A DNA stretch of 64,000 bases, taken from positions 1,798,001 to 1,862,000 of the forward strand of contig NC_081333.1 of NCBI RefSeq assembly GCF_022539665.2. Direction: 5' to 3'. Position numbers and translations under genes: made by a program. Source of the stretch: Daphnia carinata (lineage: Eukaryota). A model generated the notes under the pieces. It worked only from the letters and a program-made list of their open reading frames with translations. It made no database searches and had not been told where the DNA came from. Shown here one piece after another: positions 51,901 through 64,000 of the stretch (its first letter is position 1; every line of letters begins with the position of its first letter).

Positions 51901-54900
51901 TATGGACGGTAGTTCTCGGCAGAAACTGGTTCGAGTTTACGGCACGATTTCGGCGATGGCTTTCGATGGCAAACATCTCTACTTCAGCGACTCTCTTCGT
52001 GGAACAATTGAACGCATCGAAGTCGACGGTCAAAACCGAACCATTCTCCGCTCTCATCTTGGAACCCCGGTTGCGATGGACGCCAGTACCGATTCTGTTT
52101 TCTGGTTGACGCAGTTCTCTACTCGCATCAGCTGGCTTAACAAGCAAGAACCGAAAACGATGCGTGGATTCGTCATTGATGCTGCCGACGATATTTCTGT
52201 CCAGTACCGCCTGATGTCCGTCGTAGATCAATTCGATTTTAGCCACGAACATGTTTGTCTGGGTCATTCTGGAAGTTGCAGCGATATTTGTGCACCGACG
52301 CCGAGTGGAGCCACTTGCTTGTGCCCATTGGGTAAAGCATTGGGAGAAGATCAGCATATCTGCAATTCAGTCAACTGTGTTGGCGACCAATGGTTTAAAT
52401 GTCAATCCGAATGTATTCCTGCCAAATATCGATGTGATGGAGTTAACGATTGTCGTCTCGGTGAAGATGAATTGCAGTGCCGCAATGCCACAACGGAAGT
52501 CGGATGCAGCAGTACTCAATTTCAGTGCAAGAATGGTGGGTGTGTCTCTATGCATTTCTACTGTGATGGAGATGCTGATTGTCAAGATCGTTCTGATGAA
52601 CCTGAAACCTGCCCTCCTTACGAATGTTTATTGGACAGCGAATACGCCTGTCCTAATCAACATCACTGTATTCCACGTTCTGCCATGTGTGATGGACAAC
52701 CGGATTGTATAGACAAATCGGATGAAGCTAATTGCACCAGCACTCATTCGATGTGTTCGGCAACCCAGTTTTATTGCCAGCAGAGTCGACTTTGCATTCC
52801 CTTAACTTGGGTTTGTGATAGAGACCCGGATTGTGAACACGGCGAAGATGAAGAGACCAATTTCTGCGCTAATGCTAATCGGAAACCGATGTGTCCAATC
52901 AACTATCTTCGTTGCCCTCAACGTCCTGATTGTATGCCCAGAATGGCCCTCTGCAACAGTATTGCTGAATGCGAACATGGCACAGATGAGGAACTTTGTG
53001 CTAAGCTGAACGAGTCCGCCACTGAGAAAATTAAAGAACCAGAGATAGAATGCTCGTCAAATCAATACAGCTGCTTCTTGGGTTCAAATGAATGCATCCC
53101 CATGTCATCAAGGTAAACTGACTGATATAATCTTCATTGAATGGTTTTTTAAATTGCAGTCTTTTCCTCTTTTTAGATGCGATTGTGCATTTGATTGCAA
53201 GTTTGGCGAAGATGAAGAAGGCTGCGAAAATCAACCATTGTCATGCAAGAAGGATCTTTTCAGGTGCCCGAATGAGATGCGTTACATCAACAGTTCGTGG
53301 GTTTGCGATGGTCTGTCAGATTGTTCCAACAGCGCCGATGAAGAACCGTCTCTTTGTCTTACAAACACATCCACTTCAACTGATAAATCTAGCCTTCCTG
53401 TTAGGGATCCTGATTTCTATTTGTGTTCAGAAGATGAGTTTCAGTGTATCGATGGTCAGTGTATACCAGAAAGCCTGGTTTGCGATGGCGAACGCCAATG
53501 CCCCGATGGCACTGACGAAGGATCTGGTTGCAGTATGTTTAACTATTTTGCTCAATTAATTATGTCAATATTAATTCTAATTTTCTATTTCCAGCTCATT
53601 CATGTCAGAACAATGGTCATTGCCCACAGATTTGCATTCCTGGTCCAAGAGAACCAACATGCCAGTGTGAGGTGGGTTATGAATCGCTTAACAAGGGCCA
53701 TCAGTGCGTTGATGTCGACGAGTGTGCATCTGAGAATAAGTGCTCCCAATACTGCAACAACACTAAAGGAGGCTATCGTTGTTCTTGTTCGTCTGGATAT
53801 ACTTTGGAACTTGATCAGCACACGTGTAAAGCTGCCAATGGTCGCCCAATGTTGATTATTGCAACAAATCATCATGCTGAAATTCTACTCAACAGTGATG
53901 GTGCTTCTAGTCGTCTGCTAGTCCAATCAACCCCCGCCATGAAGGGTATTGCTTACCATGACAAGCTCTCATCATTTTATTGGATCACTGCCGAGGGTGT
54001 TAGCAGAAGTAACAATGGCGGACAGTCACTTATCTACAGAATCAAGGATCTTTTGCCAAGCGGAATAGCTCTGGATAAAACCACTGGAAATATTTACTAC
54101 AGCGCTGTGAAGAATGTAACCCGAAATGGTCAAGATCAATCCGTTATTAGGGTCATTGCTAAATCGCTGGAGGCTGACGTGAATATCATTACCACCCAGT
54201 CAATCATCACCGACATTGCCCTGGATAGTTTGAAGGGTTTATTGTTTTGGTCAGAGCATACGAAACCTTCCATTGGGCGTATCGTACGTGCTACTATGGA
54301 CGGGCGATCTACAATGTGGCTTTACTCTATCGACAAGATTATGTATCCTACCGCAATCACTTTGGATCAAATCAAGTCGCGCATCTACTGGGCTGACATC
54401 ACACTTCGTTCGATTTCCAGTTGTGATTACAATGGTATGAAGCAAAGGCACGAAGTTGCCATTACAAGTGGGCAGCCGTTGTCACTGACCTTCTTCGAAA
54501 ATCGTCTTACCTGGAGTGTCCACGATCAAGACGTCCTTTACAGTCAGACGATCAAAGGAAATTCCATTTCACAGCATCATCTGAATGAACGAGTCAGTCA
54601 CATCATTACTGTCCATTCTGTTTTGGAACCAGAGTTGCCGAATCACTGCGCATTCTCTCCTTGCAATAATGGAATTTGCGTGCTTAAAAACAGTTCCAGC
54701 TTCACGTGCCATTGTCCGATTGGTGTCACCGTTGTTTCATCCAATCCGTTCAAGTGTTCCGGTAAATCTCCTGAAGTGGTCACTGTCGTGCCGAGCACCG
54801 AAGCTGGGCTCAATCCGGATTATACTGAATCTCCATCCAGCCCCGGTGTAACAGTCGCTTCGATTCTCATCTGCCTCACTGTGTTGACCATCTTGGCTGT

Positions 54901-55282
54901 TTTGGGCTGGATTTATTACCGTAGATGGCGTCGCACGATTGGATCACCTCTTAAGTTTCGTTTCCGCAATGCTCTGGGATTGACTGAGGAAAGCACGGCT
55001 TGGGAAGAAAGTGTGGATTATGGCGACCGTAAGAGGTTGTTTATCAAGTCGGATGACCCAGATGACAATGGATGTGGACCACAGGTGATGGTTGATCAGA
55101 ATGATAACCGAACAACCGCATCGGGAGTTCCCAATCGACCTCCTGTAAATTCTAGTTACTCAAGCCTTCCATCCATGCAGCCATCTCTGGTTAAGAGCCA
55201 TCCGGTGGAAGAGCATCAACCGCAACAGCTTTTACCCGCATCGTATTCAATGAAGGATCAGCTTTTAGCCAGCGAGTTGTGA
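48971..55282 (+). CDS. VgR: Vitellogenin receptor / yolkless-like LDLR-family protein
   Basis: Signal peptide [20 protein letters not shown], first cluster of ~5 LDLa repeats, EGFs, two YWTD propellers, second cluster of ~8 LDLa repeats, EGFs, third propeller, EGF, S/T/P-rich stalk, [26 protein letters not shown] and a cytoplasmic tail. This is arthropod VgR architecture. Confidence 0.85.
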
Positions 55283-56168
55283 TTGATGTTATTGATGCTT
55301 GATGATTCCAATTTGTTTTATTTGTCCGTTTCTTGCACTTTTCTACTCAACCCTATTCACGTTTTTCGTTTTACGTTCATGTTTGTAAAAAAAACAAATT
55401 GCCCGTGTTGTTGGTGCTGTTGCGCTCAATCTAAAATATATATACATCGATTCATATCTTATACGCTTCTGCTTATTTGGTGAAATTTTCTTGCATGAAT
55501 CGAATCCATGTTTAATTATCATTACTTGATCGGCGTTGCAATCGTCGCAAGTGGTTTAAGGGCATTAGGGAGCTTGATTCTTTAAAAATATTAAAATATG
55601 ATAACTGAATCAAAGGCATATCAAATATATTTGGCTTTAGCGGTTTTTTAGATCCTTCATTTTCCTGGAGTTCGTAGGGTAAAATCATCTTTGGACAAAA
55701 GTTTTCACTTTGTATCTGTTTGAAGTTTATGTTAAAATCCATTGTTTGCATGTTTTAATTACCATTTTTTTTTATTTATCCTAAATCAAGGAATATATTT
55801 TTTCATTTTGTAGGAATTATAATAATCGTTGCAGTCACGTTTCACATAGATGTTTTATCTTTATTGTTCTTTTCGCGCATGCCAATGATTCTTACATAAA
55901 GGTAGCACACGTAAAAGTTTATTTTTTTATCTTCTCGCTAATTATTTATCTTTCTTATACTTCCGTGCTGGTCAAAACTTCCAACTCCAATTTCCAAACC
56001 ATGTTCCAAACCACGGACAGGGGTAGGGGATCTGAGAAAAGGGATTTGTTTTGATTTTTAGCGCCATCTCTGCAAAAAAGCAATAGCCTATAGTGAAACG
56101 TAACGTACACAACACCCCAGCGGGCTTGCATAGTGATTTAGTTGTCTGTTACCTTTCTCCCGCGAACA

Positions 56169-57467
56169 ATGGCGTCAAATTCTCGGTCAGTGTTTGTGTT
56201 TCGTTGTGCTATTCGAAAAAACAACAAGTAAATTATTTTATTCTATGTTTTACAGGGGTGATGGAGGTGGTATCAAAATTTGTTGCTCTGCACATCCCGA
56301 CGCTCCTTTGATTGAGGACTATCGAGCTGGCGATCAAATTTGTTCAGAATGTGGACTTGTTGTTGGAGACAGGTTGGTGACCAGTTGAAAAACAATTTTG
56401 TGTTGTGACCATTGGTTTATCTATTGTTGGTTTCTTCAGGGTTATTGATGTGGGTTCCGAATGGCGAACATTCAGTAATGAAAAGGCTAATGCAGACCCT
56501 TCTCGTGTTGGTGGAGCTGAAAATGCTTTACTAAATGGGACAGATCTGTCCACAATGATTGGTCCTGGTACTGGCAGTGCCTCTTTTGATGAGCATGGTG
56601 TGGCAAAGTATCAAAACAGACGGACTGTATGTTTAATACTAATAGCTTTAACTTGGAAATGGAATTGTGACAAGTTTATGTAAAATTAGATGAGCAGTTC
56701 TGACCGTGCCCTTGTCAATGCCTTCAAAGAAATCAGCAACATGGCAGACAGGATCAACCTACCTAGGACTATTGTCGACAGAGCCAACAATCTGTTCAAG
56801 CAGGTCCATGATGGCAAAAATTTGAAAGGACGTAGCAATGATGCCATTGCCTCTGCATGCTTATATATTTCATGCAGGTATGCATTTTTCCATAGAACAT
56901 GCAAATAAGAAGACCTATTCACATAAGATTTATACTTTTAAATAATAATAGGCAAGAAGGTGTCCCGCGAACTTTCAAAGAGATCTGTGCCGTCAGTAAG
57001 ATCAGCAAAAAAGAGATCGGAAGGTGTTTCAAGCTCATCCTAAAGGCACTCGAAACCTCAGTCGACATAATCACTACAGCCGACTTCATGTCTCGTTTCT
57101 GCTCTAATCTTGGTAAGTACTATTGCGGTTTATCAAGAAACAAAGCGACCTCTCCTACAAACGAATATTTATTTTAGGATTGCCTACTATGGTACAGCGA
57201 GCAGCATCGCACATTGCTCGAAAAGCGGTCGAGCTCGATATCGTCCCTGGTCGTTCACCGATCTCAGTGGCTGCCGCTGCTATATATATGGCGTCTCAGG
57301 CATCAGACGACAAATCTAAAAAAACACAGAAGGAAATTGGTGATATAGCTGGCGTGGCCGACGTCACCATCCGCCAGTCGTACAAGTTGATGTACCCACG
57401 TGCCGCGGAGCTCTTTCCTGAGGATTTCAGATTCGCAACCCCCATTGAGCAACTCCCTCAACTTTAA
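56169..57467 (+). CDS. GTF2B: Transcription initiation factor IIB
   Basis: Zn ribbon [45 protein letters not shown]; cyclin folds [46 protein letters not shown]. Confidence 0.97.
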
Positions 57468-58414
57468 ACGAAGCACATCATTTATTGTGATTGCTACAGG
57501 ACCCCCCGAAAATTTATCTTTATCTTTCTTCCCATCCTTCACACACACACACACTTATACACTTGATTCGCCTCGTTTCGGTCCAAAACCCCATCCGTTT
57601 AAACTAGCTTGTATTGTTGTATGACGAATAATGTCTTCATCCGTAAAAAAAAAAAATTCCGCGACACAGGTTTTGAAGAGTGGATTTTCATTTTGTTTAC
57701 ATTTTTACATTTAGGGCACGGTGTAGCACTTCGGGAGAGAGTGTGAACAACAAACAAACAAAAAGAAATCTTAACTGTGACTATAGACAAGATTTAGGTA
57801 TTGCTTTGGAGAAGTGCAAATGTTTAGCTTTTTGCGATCGTCGGCTTTGGGTAGTGTCGACGATTTTTTCTTTCTTTTTGCTTTTCTCCGCCGAATTTCT
57901 ACGATTCCATTTTGCAGGCACCGCTTGTCCGCGATGTTGACCAGCCTTTTTCGTCGTCGAGTGGTTTTAAATTCCTGCTGTAGTTTTGAAAATGTATCAG
58001 ATCATCTTCTGTGGTGGTTGAAGCGCCCTATGTATCGCTGTGCACCGTTGGAAGTACACGATTCCTTATTTTCATTTGTTTTTAATATTTTAAGTGAATC
58101 GAAATCCCTTCTCTGGTTTTTTCCTGTCCTCCTGGTGGGATCACACAGTACTATTCGTTTGATTCTGCGACTAGCTGTCTGCATTTTGTGTTCAGGCAGA
58201 CTCGTTCTACTTTCGACCGTCAATTATATTTTTAGCATTAATGAACGATTGCATTACTCCTCATAATATTTTATAAAAAAGTATTATTTTTTCCCCTTTC
58301 GAAATGTACAGCATTAATTAATGTTGGTCGCCTGTAAAAATGCAAGAAGATGTGGTTTCCAGATGCTGGTTGTAAATCTTGTATTCTCAAATCAAACGTG
58401 CATGTTACAATAAA

Positions 58415-59440
58415 ATGGCAAAGAGCCGGAATGAACACAGAAAAGAACACTTCTTAGATGCATACAAAATCCCCCACCCAGAATGGAGGGAATTTGTGTG
58501 TGGCTGGGGAGCGGCCTTCATCAACATCACAGTCACTTTTCCAATAAACAAAGTCATGTTTCGTCAGGTATTAACAACTTGCCATTTGTTACGTGGGTAG
58601 CTTTACTACTTTTCTTTTTTTTTTTTAGATGCTTCATGGCATGCATACAAAGACAGCCTTCATGCAGCTTAAATCAGAAGGTTTTCGCTTCCTATACCGA
58701 GGCATTTTGCCTCCCTTGTGTCAGAAAACAATATCAGTGTCCATCATGTTTGGGATGTACAATCACTATCAGCAAGTACTGAATTCAATGGTGCCACACT
58801 GGAATACACACATTAAGAATTCTACTGCAGCAGCTGCAGCTGGTCTTACAGAGGCAGTACTTGCTCCATTTGAGAGGATTCAGATGCTCCTCCAAGACAG
58901 CCACTACAATCAAAGGTTCAAAAACACAGCACATGCCTTTGCTGACCTTCGCCAATACGGCTTCAGAGAATACTATCGAGGATTGACTCCAATATTGTTG
59001 CGAAACAGCATCAGCAATGCGCTTTTCTTTACGCTCAGAGAAGAGATAAGCCACCGTATGCCAAGTCAAGATCATTGGACAGGAAAGCTATTATCAGATT
59101 TTTGCTGTGGAGCAATGGTAGTACTTTTTTTTTTTCAAAGCCGTTTGGCTTTTACAATTTGACGTTTCGCTAAGTTTTTCGTGTTTTGCAGGTCGGAGCA
59201 TTCATTAGCACCGTGTTTTATCCGGTGAACGTCGTCAAGTCGCATATGCAATGCACAGTGGGAGGGCCGTTCAATAGTTTATGGAAAGCGAGCCGGATTG
59301 TCTACGAGGAGCGGGAACGCTCTCTCCGCAAGATGTTTTTTGGCGTCCACATAAATTACACACGAGCTCTCATCAGCTGGGGTATCATCAACGCTTCTTA
59401 TGAAATGCTCAGGAATTTGTTGATGAAACCCCATCATTAA
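58415..59440 (+). CDS. SLC25A51: Mitochondrial NAD+ carrier SLC25A51/MCART1-like
   Basis: EFVCGWGAAFINITVTFPINKVMFRQ|MLHG; LYRGILPPLCQKT; EAVLAPFERIQMLLQD; EYYRGLTPILLRN; NYTRALISWGIINASYE. Confidence 0.92.
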
Positions 59441-59927
59441 CCAACTGGTAGGCAATATTAGTTACATTTGAATTTTTTAGCATATTTTATGAAAAGAAGT
59501 TGGATTGATAAACCCTGGAGATTCCAGATATTGGGCTCTTATTTTTCTTTAAAAAAAGTTAAATAGTTAGCCAATAATTGTACAGTCCATGCCCAAAGCC
59601 ATCCCAACCCTTAGTCATTTCCCAAGTTGTAGTGATACCGAACATGATAGAATGAAACTATTTACCTAATATTCATGGTATTGAGTCTCTTGGAAATATG
59701 GAATGTTCGAACTTTAAAAATAATCTTTGAAATCATACAATCTCTTCGCAAAAAAAAAAAAATCCTAAAAACAAAATTAAAATCGCACATTGTAGAAGGT
59801 CTGTGTAATATGCCATTGCACCGTTATGTAGGGTATTGTACAAGATAGTGAGGAGAACAAGTTTTGTCAATCGTCTAGAAAGGTGTCGTCGTCTTGAAAT
59901 TGAATGGACGAAAATGGCGTGGGTTCT

Positions 59928-61822
59928 TTAGGATGGAGATTCGATCATATCGGTTTCGTCGGAACGTGTAGGTGGCCGAGGAGTATGAGAAGCAGCATTC
60001 AACTGATTCATTTGGATCTGCAAATCACGCTCTCGGCGAACCTCCTCTACTAGACGTTCGATTCCTTCCGGCATTTTTCCATCGTCCATATCAATGCACC
60101 ATTGACGATACTGTAAACAAGTCCAATAGACAAAGATCTGAGTGCCGGCTTTTGATTAATGATCTCCAGGTCCCGAAGGAGACGGGCGGTTCCGCTTGCA
60201 ATTTCGGGAACGCCCACGTTAATCCTAGCTGGTTAAATTAAAATGCGCTACGAAACCACCAAGGGACCAACAACATCGTAAATTGCACTATCATCATTCA
60301 CCATTTTATGGACGTTCAAATGAAATAATACACAACTTACTTGGTCCAATTCTCTTCTCAAAACCAGAACGGAGCGCTCGCGGTGGGTTACGAGCTCCTC
60401 CAGATATTGGTAGCGCAGTTTCTTCCTAGCTCGGCATTCCCTGGCACTCTGTCGGCTCCTCTCTGTTATCCAATAGGTAGGTGGAAAAATAAAAATTATT
60501 ATCAAAATATTCATTGATTTTGCATGTGCTAACGTTTAACTCAAAAGCGAGAGACGGGGAGGAGGACACAGGAGATTGATCGGTGGACACGCGTTGGGAA
60601 GGTGTACGCATCGGCAAGCAAATGCGTATGTATATGAATTCATCTACTGAACATATAGAAAAGAGACAAAACCCCATGCCAAACTGTTTCCCTCTGATTC
60701 TACATGAGAAGGTTATTGATACTAAATCAATAGAATTATTGCGAATGCAAATTTACGTTGAGCGGCACACTGTATAATAAAGGATCTTTACCAAGTTTAG
60801 CTTTCATGTCGCCCTTGTGGTCGCCGTTTTTATTAGAATTGCGACCAGGTTTCCGTCCGCGTTTGCTGTTGACACCTGAACTAGCATTCACCGATTCGTC
60901 CTTTAAAAGAAAAATGAAATTTAAAAAATCCGTAAAATTATCTAAAGATCAGCGAATGCCTCGAATGTCTTCCTTGTAAAAGTAAGAGCAATTAGCGACA
61001 CATACTTAACGAAATGACCATTAGACGGAGCCTTAAATTCTAGCTTTCGTGTCCTAGCGCTACGCAGTTTCGAATCATTTCTTCCCCCACCTCTGACCGG
61101 CCGGTCGTGTCTGCTGGGTAGTCCAACTACGCACTGTCGAAAGCGAACCGAACTTTGGTCGATAAAAGTAGCAACCATTTCTAGCTCTAGTCCGTGAGCG
61201 CCTCGCCACACAGACTTTCCAAAGGCTATCTAAAACTGCGCAGTTCCATTTGGCGTTACTCCACACGAAGGGAGTATATATATTCCATTGCTGGAATACC
61301 AGCAATAAGTTTCTTTTGGGACACATCGAAACGAGATCGAAAAAGTTTTAACACGTATCTTCTCGGAACAAATTCCAATTTTGATTCACTGAAATATATT
61401 AGCTGTTTAATAAAGACTATGAAAATTAGAAAAGAAAAGCAAGAAAGAAAGTCAATTTAAGTTAGTTATTAATTCAAACTACCTTGACATCATTATCACC
61501 ACTGGCTGATGGAATTAAAAATCTAATTTAAATATTATGCTTAGGATAACAGTAATCATATTTTGGGCAAAAATATTCTGGGACATCTTTGCCCACAAAC
61601 ACAAGCTATTTTTTTTATTGGCTTGAATTGGGAAAAAGTGAATAAAATTGAACACAGGGCTTCAACACGTAAATAGAAGGGCACCCGACTTAGGGTCCTT
61701 TTGGGCGATAGTTTTACCCTATATCGTACATTTGATAAGAGAATGATCTAACAGCATAACGAAAAGAAACGTAGACCCGAGAATGGGTAGATTACCATTT
61801 CGTGTTGCTGTTGACTAGACAT
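59928..61822 (-). CDS. CREBL2: CREB-like 2 / REPTOR-BP bZIP protein
   Basis: [69 protein letters not shown]. The first exon (MSSQQQHEM at ~61796-61822) is tentative. Confidence 0.85.
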
Positions 61823-62540
61823 GATTCCGAACACCATTTGGTAGAAGTTGGAAGTAACACGAAATCGAATCTAAATTAAGTTCTCGTTGCAGCGAAAGTC
61901 ACACAAGAGGATGAATCGAGGGTGTTGATGATTTTACTAGTATTTTGGTTGCGTAAGACACTCGAAATTGTTTTCTTTACATAGGAACACTTTACTTAAC
62001 ACGCGACACTGTTATGGCATTGCTTACTATTAACAAAGGCCTCCTTGTTTTTCCTTGCAAAAGGTGGATGTCTACAAGGCCAATCGTAAAACCGTGAGTC
62101 CTTGGGCGTTCATTTCTTAGCGGGTAGAGCAGAGACAAGTGGTCACTGAAGAAAGCATTCTGCAAAGAAGGCTATTTTAAAACTAGGTTTCTATTAAACA
62201 ATAATGCAGTATTTCAAAAACAAATTTGATTTATAGCCGTTTTTCAAGCTCAACATTGTTGTACTGCTTTTGTTGCAAAATTATTTGCAAGTAATAATTA
62301 GTAAACTTTGCTGGCCTCAAAGCCGTGGCCGTGTGGTGTATTATGCAGTCATCACCAATCACCATAGCAACGGTACAGTGACCAATAGAGAAGCTCTTCG
62401 TGGACTTAATTTTAAGTAGACAGTTCGTTTAGCAACATTATATAGTTCGTGTACACTTTTTGTCAAAATGATTACCACCCTTATTAAACTTACTTTATTT
62501 ATTTTAATGTGTGTCCATATTGTAGCAGGTAACACTGTAA

Positions 62541-63363
62541 ATGACTTTATTGGAGTTAGTTAAGTTGTTTATATTTGCTATATTCGTTATTGTTACAGGA
62601 CGTGCCGGCCAGTATGTTACATGTGGTTCAGCAATAAAGCTTCAGAATTTGGCATACAAGATTCGGTTACATTCTCATGATGTTAAATATGGTTCTGGTA
62701 GTGGGCAACAGTCAGTTACAGGAACAGATACCACAGATGATGTCAATTCACATTGGGCAATTCTTGGCCCTGTGAATAAGACATGTAAGAGAGGGTATGG
62801 TATCAATAATATTCAAGTAAATGTAGAATATGAAAAGATTTTCTAAAAACAGTGAACCCATTGAATGTGGATCCACCATTCGGTTTCATCATTTAACTAC
62901 AAGGAAATTTCTTCATTCACACTTATTCTCATCGCCTCTTTCCGGAAGTCAAGAAGTATCTGCATTTGGTGAAAATGGTAATATTTGTTGTGAATCTTCT
63001 CTAGAAACATTGTCAGACTCAATTTCAAATGCAGGTGTTGGTGATACTGGTGATTATTGGAAAGTGGTGTGTGATGGCGACTTTTGGGAACGTGATGATA
63101 ATGTTGTCTTCAGGCATGTTGACACTAATGTCTACTTAGCAACTTCAGGTATATACTAATTAAATCAAACTGATTCATAATCATCTTTTTCTATTTTTCC
63201 TTCAGGACATGCATATGGCAGACCCATTAATGGTCAACTAGAAATTGTTGGTTTAACGAGATTAGATTCTTCTTGTCAATGGAAGACAGCTGAAGGTCTG
63301 TATATCCATACCAGTACCTTCAATCCCAAGCAAAATATGAAGCCAGAACACAATGAACTGTAA
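62541..63363 (+). CDS. SDF2: Stromal cell-derived factor 2-like (MIR domains, ER protein)
   Basis: Signal peptide; VTCGSAIKL..RLHSHDVKYGSGSGQQSVTG; LHSHLFSSPLSGSQEVSAFG; YGRPINGQLEI; C-terminal HNEL* ER-retention signal. Confidence 0.93.
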
Positions 63364-63528
63364 AAAAAAAGTCGATTTTGATACATATCCATCCCTTAAC
63401 AATACAATTGAATGGTGGTAACTTTTTATTTTCTAAACTGTTTTTCTATAAAGTTATGTTAGAATGTTAATGCATTTCATTTGTTTCCTAGATGGCTTAT
63501 CATTCTTAAGAAAAATTTTCTGTCAGAT

Positions 63529-64000
63529 TTATCGACACCCACATTCTGCCACAACCATTTCGTCATAGCGGTATTTATAGGTGAGAATGCCTCGTTCGTC
63601 ATAGTATAATAAGCTGATCGGTGCTAATCGGGTTGGGACACAGCATACCTTTCCTATTTTATCGGGTTGAATAGCATGCATTATTGATTGTAGAATGGAG
63701 TGTTTCGAAGGAGTGAGATGATCACTGAGCGGGAAATCGCAGCGTCCGGCACATTCGTATGCCTAAACATTCTTGAATAAGTTTTTGAAGAAATGTAATG
63801 ACATGAAGTGCTTATCACCTCGAATCCTTCGGGTGCTATAATCCACTGGTCATAGTTTATTTGAGTAAAATTGACGTACAGAGGCCGACGCCGACAATTT
63901 GGACTTGATTTTGTTTTCCTTTGAGCCCTGTTTGTAGGACGCCTATCAAGAAAAACGTCCGCATCTCTTTTCGCAATCATGTGCTCTGGGTCCTGATAGT
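63529..64000 (-). CDS. TGF-beta superfamily ligand, BMP9/10-like (mature domain; 5' part outside window)
   Basis: CRRRPLYVNFTQINYDQWIIAPEGFE|AYECAGRCDFPLSDHLTPSKHSILQSIMHAIQPDKIGKVCCVPTRLAPISLLYYDERGILTYKYRYDEMVVAECGCR*. Seven-cysteine knot; HLTP(S/T)KH and TYK(Y/F)xY resemble BMP10. Confidence 0.85.

Noticed and set aside
51581..52357. 258-aa minus-strand ORF
   Set aside because: Antisense shadow of the large VgR exon; no recognisable motifs.
57540..57553. (CA)n tract after TFIIB
   Set aside because: Ordinary short microsatellite in a 3' UTR.
57814..58266. 150-aa plus-strand ORF between TFIIB and SLC25A51
   Set aside because: Non-ATG start and F/L/S-rich composition expected from T-rich UTR or promoter DNA.

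Overview
Eukaryotic, gene-dense, AT-rich DNA with mostly 55-75 bp GT-AG introns. Gene content and intron size suggest an arthropod, most likely Daphnia-like (inference). Left to right: five tandem, diverged spinster (SPNS/MFS) paralogs on the minus strand, one with a repeat/foldback array in an intron; RUNDC1; a heavily spliced sFRP3/4 (FRZB-like) gene that the ORF track largely misses; ATP6V0B; UCP4; TBL3; a compact XRCC4-like gene; TARBP1; a tRNA-headed repeat-like segment; ACTR10; TRNT1; a tandem duplication of a [TRNT1 + ionotropic receptor] unit that left two IRs and a TRNT1 pseudogene; a small secreted His/Gly-repeat peptide; a vitellogenin receptor; TFIIB; SLC25A51; CREBL2; SDF2-like; and the 3' end of a BMP9/10-like ligand. 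Gene models were spliced by eye, so exon boundaries are approximate. No prokaryotic features are present. I found no clearly new biological system; the best candidates for follow-up are the hidden sFRP3/4, the spinster expansion and the poly-His peptide.
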